From Oscillatoria acuminata PCC 6304 (GTDB lineage: Bacteria > Cyanobacteriota > Cyanobacteriia > Cyanobacteriales > Laspinemataceae), in the NCBI RefSeq assembly GCF_000317105.1, contig NC_019693.1, positions 3,967,227-4,031,226 of the forward strand: a stretch of 64,000 nucleotides of DNA, given 5' to 3'. A program made the position numbers and the translations under genes. Below, piece after piece: positions 10,107 to 18,700 of this stretch. The notes under the pieces were generated by a model. It ran no database searches. It was not told the DNA's origin and worked only from the letters and a program-made list of their open reading frames with translations. The stretch's first letter is position 1. Each line of letters begins with the position of its first letter.

Positions 10107-10557
10107 AGGGGAGACCTAACCCCCCAACCCCCTTCCCTGGGAGGGAAGGGGGAGCCGGAACGCCCCTTTCGTTGTAGGGGATTGGAGAGTATCAAAGCCC
10201 CTCCCCTCTTAGGGGAGGGGTTTGGGGAGAGGTCCTCCGGCAGAGGTCCCGACCTAAAGGGGAGACCTAACCCCCCAACCCCCTTCCCTAGGAGGGAAGG
10301 GGGAGCCGGAGCGCCCCTTTCTTCCTAGGGAAGGGGGAGAATCAAAGCCCCTCCCCTCTTAGGGGAGGGGTTTGGGGAGAGGTCCTCCGGCAGAGGTCCC
10401 GACCTAAAGGGGAGACCTAACCCCCCAACCCCCTTCCCTAGGAGGGAAGGGGGAGCCGGAGCGCCCCTCCCCTCAGAGGGAAGGGGGAGAATCAAAGCCC
10501 CTCCCCTCTGAGGGGAGGGGTTTGGGGAGAGGTCCTCCGGCAGAGCCCCCGACCTAA
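10107..10557. repeat. Tandem array of three 150-bp units between convergent genes, built from the MITE-family hairpins
   Basis: Unit starts at 10111, 10261 and 10411 are almost identical ('gagacctaaccccccaacccccttccctaggagggaagggggagccggagcgcccc...cccctcccctcttaggggagggg...gacctaaag'). Exact 150-bp period. Confidence 0.8.
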
Positions 10558-11471
10558 AGTCGATACTGGCGATACACTTGAGCGGCAGCACGATGTAAGA
10601 GCGAATGACGATACACCAACCCGCGCATATCCTCGCAATATCCACCCCCAATTACACAGGCAACGGGATATCTTGCGGCAAGACAGGTACTTAATACTTG
10701 CATATCCCGTCGAAAAATCCCGGTATCACTTAGGGCTAATTTGCCCAGACGATCGCCGGCATGAACATCAACTCCCGCGTCATACAAGACTAAATCGGGC
10801 TGGAATTGGCTGAGTAAATCCGGTAAATAATGGGCTACAGTTTGCAGATATTCATCATCCTCCATTCCTACGGGTAAAGGCACATCTAAATCACTGGCTT
10901 GTTTTCGCCCGGGGAAATTAGCCTCACAGTGTAGAGAGAACGTAAATACATCTGGGTCATTTTTAAAAATAAACGCTGTCCCATCCCCTTGATGAACGTC
11001 CAAATCCACAATTAAGACTTTGCGAATCCCAGCTAATTTTTGAATCATCCGCGTGGCGATCGCCAAATCATTGAAAATGCAAAACCCTGACCCAAAATCT
11101 GGAAAGGCATGATGGGTTCCTCCGGCGGTGTTGCAAGCTAATCCATGCTCTAATGCCAGTTTTGCGGTCAAAATTGCCCCACCAATGGAGATACAAGTGC
11201 GATGGGCGATCGCCTCAGTCCAGGGTAATCCAATCCGACGCTGTGCTTTGGGGTCGAGAGTGCCTTGGCAGTACGCCTGGACATAGGCGGGGTCATGAAC
11301 CGATTCAATCCAGTCCTGGGGTGGCAATTCGGGCGTGTGACACTGTTCGGGAGTGACTACGCGATCGCCTAACAGCATTTCATAGAGTAACCGAAACTTT
11401 TCCATCGGGAAACGATGGGACGGAGGCAGAGGGGCCACATAGTCAGGATGATAAACGATGGGTAAGTCCAT
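10554..11471 (-). CDS. Histone deacetylase-family amidohydrolase (AcuC/HDAC-like)
   Basis: 'GGTHHAFPDFGSGFCIFNDLAIA', 'LIVDLDVHQGDGT', 'FSLHCEANFPG' class I/II HDAC active-site motifs. Confidence 0.75.
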   Translation of the reverse strand: MDLPIVYHPDYVAPLPPSHRFPMEKFRLLYEMLLGDRVVTPEQCHTPELPPQDWIESVHDPAYVQAYCQGTLDPKAQRRIGLPWTEAIAHRTCISIGGAILTAKLALEHGLACNTAGGTHHAFPDFGSGFCIFNDLAIATRMIQKLAGIRKVLIVDLDVHQGDGTAFIFKNDPDVFTFSLHCEANFPGRKQASDLDVPLPVGMEDDEYLQTVAHYLPDLLSQFQPDLVLYDAGVDVHAGDRLGKLALSDTGIFRRDMQVLSTCLAARYPVACVIGGGYCEDMRGLVYRHSLLHRAAAQVYRQYRL

Positions 11472-11543
11472 GTCAGGGAAGATTTAGCGTTGCCGGTGTG
11501 CAGTCCACTTTAAAATCTAATTTAAACTCTAAAATGGGGATTA

Positions 11544-12074
11544 TTGATAGCAATTAGGAGGGCAGTCGTGCAATTCATCACGTGGCAGTCTGGGAATAGC
11601 AATTCCGAGATGCTGGAAAATTTTGAGACAATCCGGCAATGGTGGCGCAATCTCAATGGCAAAGAGATCCACTTGCGCCAGCGTATCCTCCCGGAAAACG
11701 GCGATGTTCGAGAATTGGATTGGGAACCCCAACGCTTTGACGAAACCTTTGCGATCGCCAATCCCGATGTGCGCGGCATTACCCTCTATTGGACAAAACC
11801 AGGAATGTCAGATGAACGGAGTACCACCGTCCGACAACTGGAACTCGACCCCAAACGGCAGCAACTCTACATTTATCCCCAATCCCAACCCACTCTCGTC
11901 ATGCAGATCGGAGTCGCTGCCTTGAAATATCAAACCTTAACCTTGAGAGAAGCCGAAATTTTTGTAGAAGACAATCAAACTTTAATTTTACGAGATACAA
12001 CCCGATTAATTGAAGTCAAACTCAAACTGGATTCTCAGATGATTTCTTCCCTGAAAGAACAATTGCCCGAATAA
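11544..12074 (+). CDS. Hypothetical protein (no recognisable domain)
   Basis: ORF from a TTG at 11544. A more plausible start is the GTG at 11568, 7 nt after AGGAG (11555-11559), or the ATG at 11610. Confidence 0.4.
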   Translation: MIAIRRAVVQFITWQSGNSNSEMLENFETIRQWWRNLNGKEIHLRQRILPENGDVRELDWEPQRFDETFAIANPDVRGITLYWTKPGMSDERSTTVRQLELDPKRQQLYIYPQSQPTLVMQIGVAALKYQTLTLREAEIFVEDNQTLILRDTTRLIEVKLKLDSQMISSLKEQLPE

Positions 12075-12159
12075 AATAACCAGGCACTCTGGTCTAACAG
12101 TCTCAATTTGTAATACTGCAAAGGTTTTTTGTAAATTTATCCCATTCATAACTGGCATT

Positions 12160-13212
12160 ATGTCTTTAGAAACTCCTCCTGTCAAAACTGATACTCTTCC
12201 GACAAAAGGGAAAAAACTGCCCTCAAAAGTTATTATTAAACTAGGCAAATTTGTCTGGACTACCCTCTGGCAATTGATGATGTCCAAACTTGCTCCCCCC
12301 AATCGGACGGGGGAATATATTCGTCCCCTCAGCGAGTTTAGAAATTCCGTAGGAACCCAACCGGATAACCCCTATTCCCCGGCAAAGGAACGCTATCGTC
12401 TGTATGTAGGACTAGGCTGTCCTTGGGCGCATCGGACCCTGGTGGTGCGATCGCTCAAAGGATTAGAATCGGCCATTTCCGTGGCGATCGTCTCCCCCTC
12501 TCCCGATGCCGGAATCTGGGTCCTGGACGAACCGGAATATGGCTGTCAAACCCTCCCGGAATTGTATGCGATCGCCCGTCCCGGATATCAAGGACGCTCC
12601 ACCGTTCCAGTCCTGTTTGACACCCAAACTCAGACAATCGTCAACAATGAAAGTGCTGAAATTATCATCATGCTCAATTCGGAATTTAACGAATTTAGCA
12701 CCCATCCTGACCTGGATTTATATCCCGAACCTTTGCGCGAAAAAATAGAATATTGGAACGATAAAATTTACTCTGCGATTAACAATGGCGTTTATCGCTG
12801 CGGATTTGCTCAAAGTCAAACGGCGTATGACGCTGCCTGTAATGAACTGTTTACCACCCTTGATAAAATCGATACCGTCCTAGAAACAAATCGATACTTA
12901 TGCGGAAACCAAATAACCCTAGCCGATGTTCGCCTCTTTACCACCATATTTCGCTTTGATATCGTCTATCACGGCCTCTTTAAATGCAATAAACGCCGCA
13001 TCCAAGACTATCAAAACCTCGGACCCTATCTCCGGGATATCTATCAACTTCCAGGAGTAACAGACACCTGCGACCTTGATAGTATTAAACGCGATTATTA
13101 CGGCAACCTCTTCCCCTTAAATCCCGGAGGAATCATTCCATTAGGACCCACTATCACCAACTTAAATCAACCCCATCATCGCGAGGGTTTAAGCTATTCT
13201 ATCAGTTCTTAG
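12160..13212 (+). CDS. Xi-class glutathione S-transferase / glutathionyl-hydroquinone reductase (YqjG/ECM4 family)
   Basis: 'YRLYVGLGCPWAHRTLVVRSLKGLE' contains the CPWA active-site motif of Xi GSTs. 350 aa. Confidence 0.75.
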   Translation: MSLETPPVKTDTLPTKGKKLPSKVIIKLGKFVWTTLWQLMMSKLAPPNRTGEYIRPLSEFRNSVGTQPDNPYSPAKERYRLYVGLGCPWAHRTLVVRSLKGLESAISVAIVSPSPDAGIWVLDEPEYGCQTLPELYAIARPGYQGRSTVPVLFDTQTQTIVNNESAEIIIMLNSEFNEFSTHPDLDLYPEPLREKIEYWNDKIYSAINNGVYRCGFAQSQTAYDAACNELFTTLDKIDTVLETNRYLCGNQITLADVRLFTTIFRFDIVYHGLFKCNKRRIQDYQNLGPYLRDIYQLPGVTDTCDLDSIKRDYYGNLFPLNPGGIIPLGPTITNLNQPHHREGLSYSISS

Positions 13213-13236
13213 TAACGCCTTCAGGCGTTATTTTCC
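13213..13236 (+). terminator. Rho-independent terminator directly after the GST stop codon
   Basis: 'taacgcc ttca ggcgtta ttttc': perfect 7-bp stem, 4-nt loop, T-run. Confidence 0.65.
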
Positions 13237-13238
13237 CC

Positions 13239-13358
13239 TGTAGCAACACCCGGCGGGGGATCAATCCCCCGCCTAACAACTTAAGTCGGTTAAAACCGAC
13301 TGAAAATCTTATGAATTAAGGTCTTGAGTCGATTTTAACCCCTGCCGGGTGTTGCTTT
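13239..13358. repeat. Nested inverted repeats between convergent genes (possible bidirectional terminator or small structured element)
   Basis: Outer IR 'gtagcaacacccggc' (13239-13253) / 'gccgggtgttgc' (13343-13354). Inner hairpins 'ggcggggga tcaa tcccccgcc' and 'gtcggtt aaa accgac'. Confidence 0.5.
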
Positions 13359-14111
13359 TATTCTTCCTGTGAGTTTTTGCTGGATTGATGACAAAATTGA
13401 AAAGGGTTGAGATTTGATAAAAAAGTGATCACCGGGAACCATCATTAAGGTAAATTCCTGAAGGGTTTCTTGACTCCAACCCTCTAGGCTTTCCTGAGTC
13501 GCTTCGGCATCATCTAATCCTCCAAACGCAGAAATTGGATAATCAAAAGGTGTTTCTGAGGAGTAATCATAAATTTCATTAATTGCCAAATCTGCCCTCA
13601 GAATGGGCAGAAATAATTCCATAAGTTCGGAACTTTGAAGAAGAGTATCTGGCATTCCATTGTACCGACATAATTCGGCGATAAATTCGGGTTCGGGCAG
13701 TTGATGAATGGGGGATGATGAAACACCCAGATGAGGAGCCTCACGACCGGAAACAAACAGATATATTGGTTGAGGATAATCATGGCGACGGAGGTAGCGG
13801 GCCAACTCAAATGCAACTAATGCACCGACACTATGGCCGAATAATGCAAAGGGGCGATCGCAATAGGGAAGTAAATTAGTGCTGAGGGCTTTAATTAACG
13901 ATGAAATATCGGTAAAAGGGGGTTCACTGAGGCGATTTTCTCGTCCAGGAAGTTGCACGGGACAAACTTCGATATCCGGTGCTAGTTGAGCCGTCCAGGG
14001 ACAAAAAATGGAAGCTCCTGCACCGGCGTAGGGAAAGCAAAACAAGCGGAAATTAGCGTGATTATTTGGTTTGGAATAGGGAATCCAAGGATTAGCAAGA
14101 GTTCGGTTCAT
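13335..14111 (-). CDS. Type II thioesterase (editing TE of NRPS/PKS clusters)
   Basis: 'FCFPYAGAGASIFCPW' and 'GHSVGALVAFELARYL' (GxSxG), 258 aa. Last gene of the biosynthetic operon. Confidence 0.8.
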   Translation of the reverse strand: MNRTLANPWIPYSKPNNHANFRLFCFPYAGAGASIFCPWTAQLAPDIEVCPVQLPGRENRLSEPPFTDISSLIKALSTNLLPYCDRPFALFGHSVGALVAFELARYLRRHDYPQPIYLFVSGREAPHLGVSSSPIHQLPEPEFIAELCRYNGMPDTLLQSSELMELFLPILRADLAINEIYDYSSETPFDYPISAFGGLDDAEATQESLEGWSQETLQEFTLMMVPGDHFFIKSQPFSILSSIQQKLTGRIKATPGRG

Positions 14112-14300
14112 TTTTACAAATTCAGCTTACAATCAATAGGTTATAGAGATAAGGCAATGCTTTTTTACATTGATTTGGACGGATAGCGGTTTCCCGTCGA
14201 ATGAGGTAAACAGATGATGATAATTATTAAGAGTGCGTTGGCACTCCCTAAAACTGTACCTCATAACCCTGGGAAACGCTATCAATAAATCTTGAATGGG

Positions 14301-15704
14301 TTAACTTTTAGTTGCGGTTAACTCATTAGGATGCACTGCGGAGGCGGGTAAAAAACCACCTTTTTGCAATTGAGCGACGCTGTTTTTAACTGCCGTAATG
14401 ATAAATTGGACATCATCATCACTATGAGCGGTAGATAATAATCCATTGCCACCGCGAATCATTACCCCTTGATAAAACAGGTGATAAGTGAGTAATTGCA
14501 TCGCCATTGAAGGTCCTGAATTGGTTGTATTTCCGCCGGAAACTGGGCCGAAAAGCGAGCCAAAATTGGCCATCCGAATGGGGACGGCATCCTTGATAAA
14601 GTAGGCATTTAATTCAGACACAAAGTCCGAAGTGCGTTGATTTAAACGGTCCTGAAGGGCTGACCCTTCTGCTTTGAGATGGGTTAAGACTGCTTTTGCT
14701 GCGGCGATCGCCAGGGGATGTTTGCAAAAGGTTCCAGCAAAAAAGGTGGTTTCCACAGACGGATAGGAATCATCGCCATAGTTCCAGGTTCCCCCATCAA
14801 TTCGGTCTAAATACTCGGCTTTTCCGGCAATAATTCCAATTGGCATTCCTCCCCCCACGATTTTACCATAAGTGGCGATATCCGCTTGAACTCCGAACCA
14901 GGCTTGTGCGCCGCCCGGATGAATCCGAAATCCGGTGACCATTTCATCAAAAATCAACGCAATTCCTGCTTCTTGGGTCACCTGCCGAAGTTCTTGTAAA
15001 AAGGCTTTGGGTTGCAATTCAGGACGGCGACTTTGAACGGGTTCGACGAGAACAGCGGCTAATTCGTGAGCGTAATTTTTGATAATTTCTAAGGAGTCAG
15101 GATGGTCATATTCTAAGACTAAAACATCGGCGATAAAGTTAGAAAGAATACCGGGAGAGAAGGGTGCAACATGAGGGGGAGAATCCGGGGAAGCAATGGC
15201 AAGCGTGCCATCAAAATGACCATGATAGGAACCGGAAAACAGGGCAATTTTAGGACGTCCCGTTTGCGATCGCGCTAACCGAATAGCAGTCATCACAGCT
15301 TCGGTGCCAGTATTACTAAAAGCAACTCGTTCAGTTTGGGTCATTTCGGCAATCATTTCCGCCACGATTCCTACCTCTTCAGATTGGGGACCGAGTTGTA
15401 TTCCTTTAGCGAGTTGTTCTTGAATAGCGGATTGGATAAAGGGAGGATTGTGACCGAATAAATTCACCCCAAATCCCATTGTCAAGTCTACATATTCATT
15501 ATCATCTACATCCCAAATCCGGCAACCTTGGGAGCGTTTAGCGACAATGGGATAAAAGATTTCTTTAAACGGCATAGGAAACTGACCCCCGGCCCGAATA
15601 TCGGCTAAAACAGGGCGATAGGTTTGGGCCATTTTTTTAGAAGTATGGGTGCGCTGAATGTAGTTTTGAGCGAAGGTTTTTAGATACTGTTGTTGTTCGT
15701 TCAT
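14301..15704 (-). CDS. Class III (PLP) aminotransferase, glutamate-1-semialdehyde aminomutase-like
   Basis: 467 aa, 'SGSYHGHFDG', 'IFDEMVTGFR' (class-III fold motif). Immediately downstream of the R-domain NRPS. Confidence 0.75.
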   Translation of the reverse strand: MNEQQQYLKTFAQNYIQRTHTSKKMAQTYRPVLADIRAGGQFPMPFKEIFYPIVAKRSQGCRIWDVDDNEYVDLTMGFGVNLFGHNPPFIQSAIQEQLAKGIQLGPQSEEVGIVAEMIAEMTQTERVAFSNTGTEAVMTAIRLARSQTGRPKIALFSGSYHGHFDGTLAIASPDSPPHVAPFSPGILSNFIADVLVLEYDHPDSLEIIKNYAHELAAVLVEPVQSRRPELQPKAFLQELRQVTQEAGIALIFDEMVTGFRIHPGGAQAWFGVQADIATYGKIVGGGMPIGIIAGKAEYLDRIDGGTWNYGDDSYPSVETTFFAGTFCKHPLAIAAAKAVLTHLKAEGSALQDRLNQRTSDFVSELNAYFIKDAVPIRMANFGSLFGPVSGGNTTNSGPSMAMQLLTYHLFYQGVMIRGGNGLLSTAHSDDDVQFIITAVKNSVAQLQKGGFLPASAVHPNELTATKS

Positions 15705-15785
15705 GATGGTTTGGATAGGATAATTTAAGGGGGATAACCAGCGAGAATTATATCCCGCTGGTTGGTTGAAGAATGAGGCGTTCGG

Positions 15786-18700
15786 TTAAACTCGCGCCAG
15801 TTTTTGAGTGGTTGGTAGATAACCGGAATGGACCAAATAGCTGAAGTAAGTGGTTAGCAATTTTTCACTCACGGGAGGACAGGTAATATCCGTTCCTTGC
15901 AGTGCAGTTTGAGTATAACGATCGCCGATTTCCAAGGGAGAGGAAGTGGCAGTGCGATCGCCGCTTCCGCTATCAGAGAACACCGACAGCAGGGGATAGA
16001 GTGCATTATCGGTGGAATTTGCTGCCTGTTGATGCAACTGTTCCCGCCATTGGGGATAAGTTACGGGTTCTAAGGGATAACCTTGCGATCGCACCCAGGA
16101 GACAAATTCCCCCCAAGGTAGGGTTTGGGAATTGACCAGATGGAAGTTTTTTCCCATAGATTGCGGTTGTTGGGAGAGGTGAACAATCGCCCGACTCACA
16201 TAGTCCACGGGCACCATTTCCACTTCTGTATTCCAGTTGGGTGCACTTCCGAGTTGGATACAACCTCCGATAATCCGATGGACAAAATCATTGACATTAC
16301 AAGCGCCGGTTTGACTATGACCCGTAATCCGTCCGGGTCGATAAATATTAATGGGGAACCCGCGATCGCGTGCCGCCATTAACAGTTTTTCTGCCACCCA
16401 CTTACTCTGAATGTAACCTCCCTCTAAATGGTCTATATTCGCCAGCTCATCTTCTTCTGTTGCCGTTGAATCAAACACTCCTACTGTGGAAATAAAATGC
16501 AGAGGTTTGAGATGAACTTGATTGGATAATTTCAACAAGTCTAGGGTGCTTGCTACGTTGGCTGCTTTTACCGCTGAGTAAGGATAGGTGAAATTGACCA
16601 ATGCCCCGTTATGATAAATCACATCAATTTGATGAGCAAGGGCCTGGAATTGTTCCGCAGATAATCCTAAACGCGGTTTAGCTAAATTACCGACTAGGGG
16701 AATAATTCTTTCCCCTAGGGAATTTCGCCATAATCCATAGGTTTCCAGATTGCTTTGAATCCGTTTTTTCGCTTCTGCTGCATTAGAAGCACGAACTAAG
16801 CAATAAATTTCGGTGCTGGTTTTTTGCAGCAGTTCTTCTAGCAAAAATGCCCCTAAAAATCCGGTGGCTCCCGTTAAGAGAATATGAGCCGGATTGGGAT
16901 TGAATTGGAACGTACCCAGGGGAGAAAAACTGCCATTAAGTACGATTTCTGCTTGAAAATCTACGGAACTGATATTGACTACTGGGGACTCTTGTTGAGT
17001 GGCCCGTTCAATTTGTTGAGCTAATCCGGCAACAGTTGGGACGGCAAATAAATCCCGCAAAGGAAGGTCTACGGTAAAGGTATCTCGCACCCGGGAGGAG
17101 AGTTGGGTAATCAGTAAAGAATGTCCCCCTAAATCGAAGAAATTATCCTCAATTCCGACTTTTTCCAAGCCTAAAATTTCACTCCAAATTTGGGCAATTT
17201 TCTCCTCTAAAATTGTGCGGGGGGCAACAAATGTGCCTTGCATATCCGGTCGAGAAGTATCAGGGGCCGGGAGTGCCTTGCGATCGACTTTGCCATTGGG
17301 AGTTAGAGGGAGGTGTTCTAAAATTACAAAGGCGGAAGGAACGGCATATTCGGGGAGTTTTTGTTGCAAGTATTGGCGCAATTCTCCCACCAAGTGACGC
17401 CGCTGTTGTCCCTGGAGGGGATTGTTGGTATAACGGTTCCAGGGTTGGATAGAAAGGGGGTAATTTTCATAGAGAAAATCTCCCCAACACCCCTTAATCA
17501 TGGGGACGTTATTGGGGTGGATAAATAGGGTATCGTAGCTGCCATCAAGACTGGAATTCAGCCAACTGAAGATTGTTACATACCCTAATTCTGTCCCTAA
17601 TTTTGCTAAGTTTTCCGGGTCGATACCGATGCCGGAGATGGCCTGTTTTACGGCTTTTTGTAACCCGTCAACGGTTTGAATGTCCGATGAGGTGGCAAGG
17701 AGTTGAACCGCTTTGACATCGGCTAAAACCCGCGCGTTGGGGATACTCCGGAGGGCGAGAATATTGGGCCGATCGCAGTGGAGGCGATCGCGTAGGGAAT
17801 CCAAGGTTAAATGCTCTTGCTGCCAATCCCACTCGGAATACTCAGGAACTGCCGAAATTTCCGGACCTAAATGCAGGGTGACATCATAACGAAACTTGTT
17901 CAGTTCGTTGTGATAAATCCCCTGTTTGGGTTGAATTTCTACCCGGCTAATTTGGGGAAACTGCTGCTTCAGTGCGCGGAAAAATTCCGGAGAAATTGCC
18001 AGTTCTTCCTCTTCAATTAGGCGCTTTTTGATACGCTGTTGCAGCTTATCAATGGAAAGGGAAGCGGGAGCTTGATAAAGCTCAATCGAGGTATGAAAGG
18101 CTTCTAACAGCGGGTAGCTTCGCAAGTCTCCCAGGAAAATCATCCCACCCGGGGCCACAGCATCCAGAGACCCTTCAATCACCTGCAACAGATAATCAAC
18201 GGTGGGGAAATATTGGATAACCGAGTTAATAATGACCGCATCAAAACTATGAGATTCAATGCCGTCAAAATTATCCGCCATCCGTTCTAATAACTTGACT
18301 TGCGGCAAGTTTTGACCGGGTTGGGCCAACTGCTGCCGGATATGATTGAGGGAAGCGGGGGAGAAGTCACTACCCCAATATTGGCTGCAATGGGGTGCAA
18401 TTTTGAACAGCATTAATCCCGTACCGCATCCGATTTCCAGGACGCGATTGGGCTTTAAATCCAGAATACGACTGACGGTATTGTTCACCCATTCTCGCAT
18501 TTCTAGTTCGGGAATGGGTAGGCCGGTATAACTGCTATTCCAGCCACTAATATTAAAGGTTGAATCCCACTGAGAATCGGTTTCGTTGAAGTTTTCATCA
18601 TCATGGACGACTTGCCATTGGGAAAGGCGTTCCTCAATGAGAGTAGAGACTTGGGACTCAAAATTGAACTGGGGGTTCAGAACGAAATAACTCACCAATT

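Noticed and set aside
10107-10557. CRISPR array
   Set aside because: The repeats are 150 bp, contiguous and have no unique spacers. No cas genes are present.
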